From Lama guanicoe (Eukaryota): a DNA stretch of 20,000 nucleotides. Positions within the stretch are counted from its first letter, which is position 1; every line of letters starts with the position of its first letter. The notes below the pieces were generated by a model. The model made no database searches. It was not told where the DNA came from and saw nothing but the letters and a program-made list of their open reading frames with translations. This document shows, piece by piece, positions 10,301 through 20,000 of this stretch. Both the position numbers and the translations under genes were made by a program. The stretch covers positions 10,370,495 through 10,390,494 of the forward strand of contig MU053934.1 of assembly GCA_013239625.1 (NCBI GenBank), in the 5' to 3' direction.

Positions 10301-11243
10301 GGTGCCTGGGAGCGGGCGTCCGGAAGAGGAGGGCCAGGGCTGCTCCTGAGGTTGCTGCCGGGGGCCCTGAGGCTGGCGGGGATGTGAGTGGTGAGAGGGT
10401 GTCGTGGTGGCCGATCAGCTGCCCGACTGGTGAGTGTTCACTGAACCCCTTTCCTGGGCAGGGCTCCCTGGGCAATCCCAGATGATCGAGGGGCGGCCTT
10501 CTGGTCTACCCGTCCCAGGGGCACTTCCCGAGGCAGCCGCCCTCCCCACGTTGGCCCTGGCGTCTCTCCAGCTACCAGGCTGCAGAGGTGGGGGCCCCAG
10601 GCCGGACCCTGCCGAAGGGCCCTCCCTTGCCTGCTGAGCAGAGTCGTGGGTCAGCCCAGGTGCCCTCCGCCGCGAGGAATGCGGATTTGGGTCTTGAGAA
10701 CTCATCTGAAATAGATATTTCTCTCCACTGCCGGAGGGATTTATTGGCAAAACTATCCATCTATTAACATTATCTGGGGCTTCTGCGCTGGGGAGAATAG
10801 ATACTATAAATCTTAGCTGTGTAAAACCCAGGAGCTAGAAGGCTTTAGTGGACAGCAAATAGAAAAGTGCGGGGAGTGGAGGCCTGTTTATTTTGCTTAG
10901 AGGGAAAGAACATTCGGTGCCCAGCCAGGCAGGAAATGGGTTTTGGGGACGGCCACTTAGCCTAGCTGTTGGCCCTGAAACTGTGGGGACAATCGCCTGC
11001 AATTAGGGCAGGAGGCTCAAAGCATTGCACTCTGTGGCGGGCGGTGGAAGTTTCTGGAAAAGGAGGCCTTGAAACTTTAGGCAGGTGGCCCTGGGGCCTT
11101 TTGGGAAGGAGGATCCGGGCAGTAGGCTGTGAGGTCAGGGCCAGGCCCCAGGGGTGCATCTGATTAGGGTTAGTAAGAGCGACCGGGAAGCCAGCCGCCC
11201 TGGTGTGGCCGGTGCCCTCGGGTCACTAGATGCTTCTTGCATT

Positions 11244-11351
11244 TTTTTAAAAAACTTTTTTTTTTTAAGTTGGGGTACTGGGGATTGAACCCAGGACCTC
11301 GTGCACACTAAGCACGTGCTCTGCCACTGAGCTGCACCCCCCCCCGCCGTC
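11244..11351 (-). mobile_element. tRNA-derived SINE (camelid Vic-1-like)
   Basis: Minus strand reads GGGTGCAGCTCAGTGGCAGAGCACGTGCTTAGTGTGCACGAGGTCCTGGGTTCAATCCCCAGTACC + A tail; perfect 9-bp TSD TCTTGCATT (11235-11243 / 11352-11360). Confidence 0.95.
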
Positions 11352-11373
11352 TCTTGCATTGTCAGCGGCTGGG

Positions 11374-11410
11374 GACGCGGAGGGAAGACGCGGAGGGAAG
11401 ACGCGGAGGG
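11374..11410 (+). repeat. 13-bp tandem repeat, about 2.8 copies
   Basis: GACGCGGAGGGAA GACGCGGAGGGAA GACGCGGAGGG. Confidence 0.9.
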
Positions 11411-11929
11411 GCTCGTCCTTTCCTGCTTTTCTGCTGATCCCCGCTCCTGGGACGAGGCTGTGGCGGGAGCCGCCTTGGCCCCAGGCCCCTTCTCCATCCT
11501 CTCAGTCCTGAGAGGCCCCACATCCTTCAAAGGGTTTTCTCTCCACTTAGATCCATCAGCACCCGTTTCTGCCGACGGTCAGACCCCTCGCAGATCTGCA
11601 GGAGTGAGGACCCCACGTCCCACGCACCTGGACGCAGGGCGCCCGAGAAGTATGAGTCCTAGGGTGAAGGCATGAAGGGTGAACAAAGGGAGGTCCTGCA
11701 CCCCCCTCCATGGTGGCCATCAAGCACCTGCCTCCCGGAGCAGGGATGCGGCCGTCCCAGAGCCCCTGGCTGGGGGCGCTGAGCTCGGGGCCAGTGGCCC
11801 TGCAGAACCCGCTCGCCGCCGAGGGCTCCCTAGGGGTGGCTTGTGACCCAGCCCTGCGTTAGCCCTTGCCGTGGCCAAGCAGAGGTCCAGCACCAGTGCT
11901 CGGGGTCAGCATGCCTGCCTTCCAGCCGC

Positions 11930-12209
11930 CGCTCCGGACTGAGTGTGACCCCGTCAGATTCACATGTCGAAGCCTGATCCTCAGTGCGATGGGACCTTTG
12001 GGAGATGACGAGGCCACGAGGGAGGTGCCTTATAAGGAGAGGACAGCGCAAGGACAGGGACACCTGCACACACAGAGAGAAGGGGGGTCTCACCCTGGGG
12101 CTCCACATCTGCCGGCACCTTGAACTGCATCCTCCCAGCCTCGAGGCTGCTTCCTGTGTCAGCCCCTGGTCTGTGACATCCTCCAGGGCAGCCCAAGTGA
12201 TGGAGAAAG
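11930..12209 (+). mobile_element. MaLR LTR (MLT1A/B-like), internally deleted
   Basis: GGACTGAGTGTG...ATTCACATGTCGAAGCC...CCTTTGGGAG...GTGCCTTATAAG...TCTGCCGGCACCTTGA...CCCAGCCTC...GCAGCCC: all MLT1A hallmark blocks in order. Confidence 0.85.
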
Positions 12210-12559
12210 TCGCGGGTCCTGTTGATGCCCGTCTCTCTCCAGTCTGCCCTGAGTGGCAGGGGACCGTGGTGGGGGGCGTGCTGGGTGGTGGCAGGGGGCA
12301 TCCTCAGCGGCCAGAGTGCCTACAGACTCCGCTCAGGCCCGGAGAGTCCGGGTGGGTCGCTCCCGAGACCTCCGCCCAGACCCAGCCTCAGGCTTCGTGG
12401 CCACGTCAGCGTCCTCCTCCTGAGGGTGACGTGGCAGGCGGGCCGGGTGGCATGCTGAGTTGCCAGCCTTCAGAAACATCAAGAGAGGATGCCTCCAGAG
12501 CTCCCACGGAGTGCCAGAGGACGGGAGAGTGAAAACGAGTGGCTTTGTCCCTCGTCCCT

Positions 12560-13110
12560 TCTTCTCCACCCCGTCGCCCGGGACCTGCAGACGCGGGAGC
12601 AGGCAGAGGGCAGCGAAGCGGGGGCCCCTGGGGCAGGGCGCCGCAGGCCTGGGCGGGCGCCGCCTCTCCCAGCCTCAGTCTCCCCAGGGCTGGACTTGGG
12701 GCTGGAGCCCCCAGGGCTGCTCGCGGCCGCGCACACGGCGGCTGTCCTCCTGCCTTTGAGAAATGGACCTGCCCTTTGCTGGGCAAGGGGAGCCTCAGAA
12801 AAAGGCGGTGATAATTAATACTGATGTGGCTTCAAATGTTAGAAGTTAGAATGAAATCAAAAACAAAAGGAGAGGGTCAACAGGTAACCAATTAGACGGC
12901 GGCCTCTGCACGGCCCCTCACCCGCGTCGGGGCGGAATGGACCCCGTCTGCCTCGGCCAATTAAACGCCGGGGACCTGAGGCTTTCTGCAAATCGAAGGG
13001 AAAGGCGAGCCGGGCCGGTGGCAGACACGCAGCCCGTCCCCCGTCGTGCAGAGGCCGGGAGGAGGAGGCCCGGCCAGGGTGCAGGGCCGAGGCGGTGGCG
13101 CCGAGCCGGG
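12560..13110. promoter_or_regulatory. CpG-rich segments flanking an AT-rich core
   Basis: CpG-dense 12560-12745 and 12895-13110 around the AT-rich block at 12808-12895. Confidence 0.35.
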
Positions 13111-13594
13111 GTGTGCAGATTAATGAAGGCAGCTGGGAAGATGAAAGGGCACGGGCGTCTGAGATGAAGTCCAGCGGGTTGCAAGGGTTCGGGCATGAAT
13201 TTCAAAAAGGCAGAGATTGTGGCTTGTGGACTAATTACCTCGCAAGGACGGCATCGGAGGTGGGGTCCGGGTGGCTCCAGAGGTCCGGGTGGAAAGAGAG
13301 ACGGGTGGCTGGCCGGGGCAGGTCCATCGGGCACAGGGGGTGAGGGCTGCGTTCCCGAGTCCTCCCCAGTCCTGTCCTTTGGCCAAAAGGCCAGATTGGA
13401 ACACTGATTTTTGGAGGTCCCTGACTTAGAAATCGGTGGGTTTGAGAGGGCCCAGAAAACCGACCAGGATTTGGGCCTGGAGGGGAAGCAGGGGGCTCTC
13501 AGTCTTCATGTTTACCCCTGACCCCATCAGCTGTGTGCTGCATGGCCCCCCACATGGATGGCCCACTCCTCGTGGCAAAACTGTGGGGACCCTT

Positions 13595-13725
13595 CCAAAA
13601 TCACGTTCATGAGAGAGATGGGGAAACTGAGGCTCAGAGAGGACAGGCGGTGGCCCTGAGGTCACCCTGCTGGTCAGCAGCACAGGCAGGGCGCCAGCCT
13701 GGGGACTTACCTGTATTCCTGACCA
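13595..13725 (-). mobile_element. MIR SINE
   Basis: AGATGGGGAAACTGAGGCTCAGAGAGG...CCCTGAGGTCACCCTGCTGGTCAG is the antisense MIR core. Confidence 0.8.
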
Positions 13726-13784
13726 CTGGGGAGCATGGCTGCCCACTGGGAACTTGGCAGAGGGCTGACCATGGGCCATTGGGG

Positions 13785-14175
13785 AAGGTGGGTCCTGAAG
13801 ATGGCGCAGGAGTTTGCCAGGAGCTGGAGGGTTTGGGAGGAGAATGTACATTTCAGGCAGAGGGAACAGAGTGTGCGAAGGGTACAGAGCAGGACAGAGA
13901 TGGAGTAGCTCCGGGTAGCACGAGGGGGTGTGTGGGAGCCATGTCGAAAGGGTCCAGTGTCCTGCACCAGAGGCAGGTCCTCACCCAGGGCACCCCTGGG
14001 GTACCCTGAGCTGAGCTGTGTGTGAGGTCAAGGCCAGCTGTGTGCTTGGAAATTTCTTCCCAGGGTCCCTGCCAGAGTAGGGGTGGATGAGACGGGTCTG
14101 GGCTGGAGACCCACACCTCAGGAGGGATTTAAGTGACTAAGTTAGAAGGACTTGGTGGCTGCTCTGGGCTGGGGC
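13785..14175 (-). mobile_element. L2 LINE remnant
   Basis: CCTGAAGATGG...GGAGTTTGCCAGG...CATTTCAGGCAGAGGGAACAGAGTGTGCGAAGG is a classic L2 motif; AGGACTTGGTGGCT near 14150 is weaker. Confidence 0.65.
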
Positions 14176-14183
14176 AGGCATCT

Positions 14184-14219
14184 CTATATCCATTTCACAG
14201 ATGAGAAAACCGAGGCCCA
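14184..14219 (-). mobile_element. MIR core fragment, ending just before the MLT1 LTR
   Basis: TATCCATTTCACAGATGAGAAAACCGAGGCCCA. Confidence 0.7.
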
Positions 14220-14226
14220 TGTCTTT

Positions 14227-14680
14227 TGTATCAGTTAGCTCTCAGCACATAACAAGCTACCCTCATGTCTAATAACTCAAAAGGACTATTGCTTCTGACT
14301 TCTCTGTCTGCAGGCCTGCGGGGCTGACCTGGCCTGGCTGGGCGGGGGTGGGCTGGGCTCACTCCTGCACTGGGGGCCAGAGGGTGGTTCGGCTGAGGTC
14401 TGGCTGCCTGGGACAGACTGCTCCGGCTGGTCTCTGGCCCTGCAGTGGGTGGGCCTGGGCTGGGCGGGAGCAGAGGCCTGCAGGGCCCGCTGAGGCCAGG
14501 CTCAGAATGGGATGACGTCATTTTTGCAGGACTCTTTGGACCAAAGCAAGTGACAAGGCCCAACCAGATTCCAGGGGGTGGTGCTCAGACTCCACCTCTC
14601 CCGGCAGGAGCTGCCACGTCACGTTGTGTGGGGGGGGTGTCCAGGGAGAGGGGGCTTCTGGGCTGGGATGCAGGCAGTAG
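14227..14680 (-). mobile_element. MaLR LTR (MLT1H-like)
   Basis: TGTATCAGTTAGCT...ATAACAAGCTACCC; AGGCTCAGAA...GGACCAAAGCAAGTGACAAGGCC...CCAGATTCCAGGGG...AGACTCCACCTCT...AGGAGCTGC...GTCAC: antisense MLT1H/G hallmarks. Right end approximate. Confidence 0.85.
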
Positions 14681-15639
14681 GTTCTGTAGAAGCCCAGAGA
14701 AGGACCGTCAGGTGAGCTTGGCTGGTCAGGAAAAGCTTCTTGCGGGAGGTGCGTCTTTCCAATCCCACCCACCAGTGTGTTTTAAAAAGTTCATTTCTTT
14801 GCTAAGTTCCAGGCTCATTAAACTCTCTTCTTTAAACCTGGCATGGCGGAAGGCTGGCTGTCTTACATCTAAGATGAGTTTCTGAGCAGGCCGCCTGCAC
14901 ATCCATAATTAAAGGAGTTCGACAAGAATCGAAGAGGACTGGTTTCCACTGGAGGTTTGGGGAGTTAATTACCAGTTGGTACCCTGCCATGATGGGTGTG
15001 CGTGAGATATCTGAAGGGGGCAGGGCTGGGAATTCGCTGGGAAGATGCGATGAACCTGTACGTGCCAATACTGATTTTGTCAATTGAGGTCCCCCCACCA
15101 GACGTCTTAGAGGCGAGGGAGGGTGCTTTGTGCCTCTTCTCACGAGTTCAGACTTGAAGGGAGGCCCCTGGCAGCCCCACTGGGATGGAGCCTGGAGCTG
15201 AGAAGCCGCCAGGTGGACTGGAGGTGGCCATGGGGCCCTGGACTCGTGCGAAGAGGTCTTTGTGCTATTTGGGTCTGTCTGGCCCAGTGACCACATGGAA
15301 CAGCCCATGGGGCTCTTTGCTCCCAAATCCTTCCTCCGGGATGTCTGTCCCTGCTCGTGGAAGAGAGCAGAGTGCAAGGATGCCACCCACCCAGGGGTCT
15401 GGGTCCCCCTGGCCTCCCCTTAGAAGGGCATGTATACGTTGGGGTAAAAGGTAGGCAGATTTAAAATGCTTTTGAACCCGTGGTTCACTTGGCCACTGTG
15501 TGGTCAGGCCACCCCGGACGGCCGGCCTCCGGCTCTCTGTGCGCCCTCTGCTTGGCCAGTCCCTGCTTCTCCTGCCCCACTCACTGGCCTGCCTTCCCGC
15601 GTGCTCGCCCCAGGCCCCAGCGAGTGATTCTGGCTTTAG

Positions 15640-15777
15640 CTTCATTTATTTACTTTTAGCAGGGGAGGCAATGAGGTTTATTTATTTTTATTTTACTTAA
15701 TGGAGGTGCTGGGGGTTGAACCCAGGACCTTGTCCATGCTAAGCACAAGTTCCACCACCGAGCGACACCCTCCCTCC
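15640..15777 (-). mobile_element. tRNA-derived SINE (Vic-1-like, long-tail form)
   Basis: Antisense AATGGAGGTGCTGGGGGTTGAACCCAGGACCTTGTCCATGCTAAGCAC, with the AAATAAACCTCATTGCCTCCCC tail module on the minus strand; TSD core GCTTTAG (15633-15639 / 15785-15791). Confidence 0.92.
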
Positions 15778-16759
15778 TTGTCCAGCTTTAGATCAGAGCT
15801 CCCCGCTGTGCTTATCAAAGGGGTGGTGAGGGGGTGGCCCTCAGCTGGTTTCCCTGGTAACTGATGCCCCAACCTGATGTCAGTTTCCCCTGTAACTGTG
15901 ACACCCCTATCTGCCCCCGGGAGCAAAGCCGGCTGCCATGTCCTGCCTGCTGTCGGCTGCACACAGCGGGGCCTCACTCCAGGGCCTCCCTTCAGGAGTG
16001 GAAGCGCCCCACTCACTAAAGCGCTGATGCCTGTCTCTGACCCTGGGCCCCGTCTTTGGTCTAGAGCTGGGAGAGTCCAGGGCTTTGCAGGCCTGCGGGC
16101 GCAGCCCAGCAGCCACCAAAAAGGAGTGGGGGGCCCAGGGCCACTGCTCTGCCCTCCTGTGTTCCAGCAGGTTGTGGGTTCTCCGGGGTTGCCTTTGGCT
16201 GGAGCCAGGAGAGGAGTCTGGGAGTCAGGAGCCCTTGGGAGCTGGGGGCCCTGCTGCCCGAGGCCCTGACCAGCCAGGCCCACTATGTCTCACATCTTCC
16301 TGGGAGCCATGGTGTCCTGTGGCCGGACGCTTCCCAGAGACCTGGCTGTGCTGAGGGCCCCACGTGAGAGCAGAGCCCTCCCCCAAGGCTGGCCGAGATG
16401 GGGGCTTCGTGGGCCTTGGTGTCCCCGCAGCACAGAGCTGCATTGAGTGCAGGCCAGCTGGGGTGATTTCAGACCAGGCTCTGCTCCACCTGCCCCACCG
16501 GGACACCCTGGGGTGCATGTGGTGGGCCGAGCCCCAACCCCGGGAGCTGGACTGGGGGTCTTGGCCAGACTCAGCTCTGACCCACCTGGGGCTTGGGACA
16601 AGTATCGCCACCTAAGTGCCTGGTCACACGGCCTCAGTCACCCACCGGGCTGCTCCCGCCGGTGGCCTGGGTCTGCCTTTCGGGACTGTCTGCCCTCCTT
16701 CTGCAAAGTTGTTTCAGATGCAAACCGAGTGGTCATTTTGGGTCAAGACTGGCTGCTTC

Positions 16760-16895
16760 ACTGTGCTCAAAACCTGCATAGGTTATTTGACCCATTTTAC
16801 AGATGAGGAAACTGAGGCTCAGGACAGCCCAGTGCGAGCCCGACAGCCTCGGGCTGGAGTGGGGCTTTACCCGTGGGCTGCCTGTGTCTGGGCCC
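16760..16895 (-). mobile_element. MIR SINE
   Basis: CCCATTTTACAGATGAGGAAACTGAGGCTCAG, a near-consensus MIR core. Confidence 0.85.
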
Positions 16896-16957
16896 ACTGT
16901 TACAATCCTGGGCCCAAGATGGAGAAGCTCCTGAGGCCTGTTCGTGTCCTGCAGACC

Positions 16958-18190
16958 CAGAAGCTGCCACCTTTGTGCGCCGAGCTGGGGGCACACCGCA
17001 GGGGCCTTGGGGCCACACATGTGGGGTGTGGTGAAGTGCCCGTATGTTTTCGTACTGTATGGTTTTAAGAAAAAAATGCAAAGTTTTAGGACAGATCGAC
17101 TGTTGAATTTATGTAAAACTTCCAAATCAAACCCTCTCGAAAATTAAAACTCAGAGATAGCTTGCCACGTGCGCACGTGACCTTCTTAACGTCAGGTTTA
17201 CATCTGAAAGGGCCTCCGACAGCTCCTGGGTGGAGGAGCTCCTCCCTCGTTAACTGCCAGACCCCAGCCCGGTGGCCGAGCGAGCGCCGCGCAGGTCATT
17301 GCTGGGGCTTCTCAGCCGGGCAGAAGCTCCTTTCTCACCATTAACCTGAGTCCAACCCATTTCGAACCTCTTGACTGAACTCCAAGGGAGCGCTCCATCT
17401 TCTGGTCTCACAATCGTCTTTTTCTTCCGTTGACAAAGATAATGGTGGGGTTTTTGGGTGATAATGCAAATGGATTTTTGAATCTAATTGAACTTTTTAT
17501 ATCGAATATTTCAAAATAATGACGATGTTTTCCTCCCCATCCACAGATGTTGCTCTGGAGTCTTCATAATTCTTCTCTAGGAATCGAACTGTCACCCTCC
17601 CCAAACAGCGTGGGCGAGCGCGTCTGATGGTTTCCCTTCAAAGCTGCATGCTTTATCATTAACTGTTACCATAGTTTCCTATAATTCTTGCCATTTTCAA
17701 AGAAGTTCATTTCAGTGCGCAAGAATGTCAGCCAGGGAAGCCGGCGCTGAAGTTGGTGACTGCGAGGTTGAGTCTGCGGAGTGAGAATCCATATTTTAGC
17801 ACCTGAACTCCAGGCGGAACCTGCCCTCGGGCGGCGGCCAGTGTGCGATGAGGGGGCGGCGCTGGGGGAGCCGATCCATTTCCTCCCAGAAAGCCGAAAA
17901 CAGCCGGTGCTTCCCCAGATCCTCAGTTTTACCATGTCAGCCACACAGACATGTTTTTCACGGCAGATCTTAAATTCAGAGTTTTCAGAACCAACTTGCC
18001 TCCTTCCCATCTCTGCAGCTGCGCTGCCTGGTGGAGATGTGCCCAGGGTTTCTGTAACGTTTTCAACACCATCACGGAGCGTTGACCACTTGGAAAATTG
18101 CACTGGTGCAACTGGTTCGAGTCTTTTTTTTGCAACACAGATGGTGTTTTTTTTTAAGCGTTTTCCTACAGGCCTTGATTTGTGCTCTGT
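16958..18190 (-). mobile_element. hAT-Charlie (Buster-type) DNA transposon fossil: dead transposase C-terminal part plus 3' end
   Basis: Minus-strand motifs in correct order across frameshifts and stops: HHLCCK; TSAIFQVVN (18107-18081); GSAAAEMG (~18028-18006); KHRLFSAFWEEMD (17912-17874); ASLADILAH*NEL...ETMVTVNDKACSFEGK (17741-17631); *IQ/NPF (17486-17468); ALSDV/KPDVKK (17213-17182). These match Buster motifs FLFCK, DGAxAMxG, SRLFxxLCxEMG, AYLADIFxxLNEL, WIRNPF and LSxIxP. Possible TIR remnant CAGAAGCTGCCACCTTT at 16958. Confidence 0.8.
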
Positions 18191-18689
18191 CAAGTGACAG
18201 CCCCCAGCCCCTGGCTCTGTGGCTCTGACACAGCGGGCGCTGTGTCCCCACTGTTTCTGTGTGGGCCCCTCCCAGTCCACGTGAGATGCTGCGGCCCTCT
18301 GGGGATGGTGCTGGGGACCTGCTGACCTGGTCTTGGACCTGGTCCAGGGCTGCTGAGAAATCTAGGTGGTTCCAGAAGCCCTGGCAGGGAGCCCTGACCC
18401 TGTTTCCTATTTTTCTGAGAAAGGAGGCGGGAACAGACAGTAGATCCTCTCAGCTTCCCTCCCCTGACCCTGTCAGCCTCCTGTCCTGGACCCGTGTTCC
18501 GCGGGAGGAACCGCACAGGCGCCCGAGGTCCACCCCGCTGTCTCCTCCTCCCTGCCCAGCTTCAGCTTGCCTCTCTGGTCCATGGCCGTCAGCATCCGAA
18601 TGAGCTGCACCAGCTCCCAGGTCCCAGAGAAATCCTCCCTTGACTCTGACTCCGAAGCACGCCGCTTCTGCCTGCGTTCCCACCTCCAG

Positions 18690-19457
18690 CCCATCACCAG
18701 GCCCCCCACCCCACCGAGGACCCCTCCCTGCCCGGGTCCGGGCCTCCCGGAAGGCGACGGTAACCCTGGTCCTTAGGCAGTCCCTTCCTTGCCTTACTGT
18801 CACTTTGCCATCCTCAAACAGCAAGACAGTTGTCTTTAAACAATACAGCTTAGTTCTGCGTGTTCTAAATATTTAACCAGAGAAACAACAGAGCACGCAC
18901 GTCTGCCTGGCTGGCTCACCCAGCTCTGCGCTTTACAGGTTAGTCCCGGGCTGTGCGGCTGCGGGGGGTCGTTCTCGTCTCCGCTACCTCGTGCACGTGC
19001 TGTCGGGGAGCGCGGGGTCCCGGCGCCGGAGGGCGCGCTTCCCTGCTGAGCGTGCGCCCGGGAGAGAAGGCCGGGTCACCGAGCACGCGCGCCTGTACGT
19101 GTCTCGGGCAGGTCTGCTGCTTGGGGCGCGGGGGCACGGCATCGTGGGAGCCCTCCCGTCGCTCTGCGTCCTCCCTGGTTCTCACCGTCTGAGCTCTCCT
19201 GGTGGTTCGTGGACGTTTCTCACCGAGTTTCCCTCATGGTGGACGGGCCGCTGTTTTCCACGTACCGCGACAGTCGGAGATGTGCTTCCGTGATGGTGCT
19301 GGTGGGCGTGCTGGGCCCTCACGTCTCCTGGGTTTGTAGGGCTCCTTCCCTCCCGCAGAGACGAGACCTTCAAAGTCACATGCAGGTATTTTCTGCCACG
19401 ACGTGCACGCCTTCCCACTCTCCTGGTGTTTGTGGGTTTATAGAAATACTTAATCTC
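18690..19457 (-). mobile_element. Ancient L1 (L1ME-like) 3' region, strongly GC-drifted
   Basis: GGTAACCCTGGTCCT, TAAACAATACAGCTTAGTTCTGCGTGTTCTAAA, GTGCGCCCGGGAGAGAAGGCCGGGTCA (cf. ATACCTAGGAGTGGAATTGCTGGGTCA), TTTGTAGGGCTCCTT, TGCAGGTATTTTCT and AGAAATACTTAAT recur in antisense L1ME order. Confidence 0.65.
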
Positions 19458-19585
19458 GGGGGTGGGAGGGTACAGCTCAGTGGTGGAGCACCTGCTTAGC
19501 ACACACGAGGTCCTGGGTTCAGTCCCCAGCACCTCCATTAAATAAATAAATAAATGAACCTAATCACCTCCCCACCCTCCCAAAA
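19458..19585 (+). mobile_element. tRNA-derived SINE (Vic-1-like, long-tail form)
   Basis: GGGAGGGTACAGCTCAGTGGTGGAGCACCTGCTTAGCACACACGAGGTCCTGGGTTCAGTCCCCAGCACCTCCATT(AAAT)n GAACCTAATCACCTCCCC. Confidence 0.95.
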
Positions 19586-19590
19586 GGACC

Positions 19591-20000
19591 TTTAATTTTT
19601 TTTTACATTTTTTATTGATTCATAATCATTTTACAGTGTTGTGTCAAATTCCAGTGTTCAGCATGTTCAGCACAATTTTTCAGTCATTCATGGACATATA
19701 CACACTCATTGTCACATTTTTTCTCTGTGATTTATCATAACATTTTGTGTATATTTCCCTGTGCTATACAGTGTAATCTTGTTAATCTATTCTACAATTT
19801 TGAAATCCCAGTCTATCCCTTCCCACCCTCTACCCCCACCCCGTAACCACAAGTCTGTATTCTCTGTCCATGAGTCTATTTCTGTCCTGTATTTATGCTT
19901 TGTTTTTGTTTGTTTTTGTTTTTTAGATTCCACATATGAGCGATCTCATATGGTATTTTTCTTTCTCTTTCTGGCTTACTTCACTTAGAATGACATTCTC
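19591..20000 (-). mobile_element. Young camelid-type L1 3' UTR (continues past the window end)
   Basis: Poly-T, TTTATT, GTGTCAAATTCCAGTG, TTTCCCTGTGCTATACAG, GTAACCACAAGTCTG, TTAGATTCCACATATGAG...TCTTTCTGGCTTACTTCACTTAGAATGACA. Confidence 0.95.

Noticed and set aside
11244..11351. tRNA genes at the four tRNA-like sequences (4329, 11244, 15640, 19458)
   Set aside because: A-rich tails, TSDs and divergent stems identify them as SINE copies.
11374..11410. CRISPR-like direct repeats
   Set aside because: Head-to-tail 13-mers with no spacers, in mammalian DNA.
13986..14008. Inverted repeat CAGGGCACCCC-T-GGGGTACCCTG
   Set aside because: Short, imperfect and GC-rich; expected by chance and too small for a pre-miRNA or MITE.
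17666..18280. 204-aa ORF as a domesticated transposase gene
   Set aside because: The transposase motifs switch frames and contain stops; no continuous frame exists.
19933..19952. Hairpin CATATGAG-CGAT-CTCATATG
   Set aside because: Lies within ordinary L1 3' sequence that is near-palindromic in the consensus.
1..20000. Numerous 100-270 aa ORFs (e.g. 5617-6249, 7514-8284, 9162-9908) as protein-coding genes
   Set aside because: They are Pro/Gly/Arg/Ala-rich, overlap on both strands, show no recognisable domains, often lack an ATG start and several cross repeats; this is expected from stop-codon scarcity in GC-rich DNA.

Overview
GC-rich mammalian non-coding DNA, most likely from a camelid (alpaca/llama/camel): four tRNA-derived SINEs resemble the Tylopoda Vic-1 type and the young L1 3' ends are of cetartiodactyl type. 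I see no credible intact protein-coding gene; the many ORFs are GC-content artefacts or decayed transposon frames. The window is layered with transposable elements. These are: L1 3' ends (one 5'-inverted by twin priming), old L1MB/L1ME fossils, an ERV1-type solo LTR interrupted by a SINE, two MaLR (MLT1) LTRs, MIR and L2 remnants, and a ~1.2 kb hAT-Charlie/Buster transposase fossil. The transposase is recognisable only across frameshifts. Old elements show strong AT-to-GC drift, and one L1ME fossil now looks like a CpG island. Between repeats lie AT-rich, homeodomain-motif-rich unique blocks (candidate enhancers) and one well-bounded candidate exon (1504-1748). All family calls come from remembered consensus sequences, not searches. 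I found no evidence of a new biological system.
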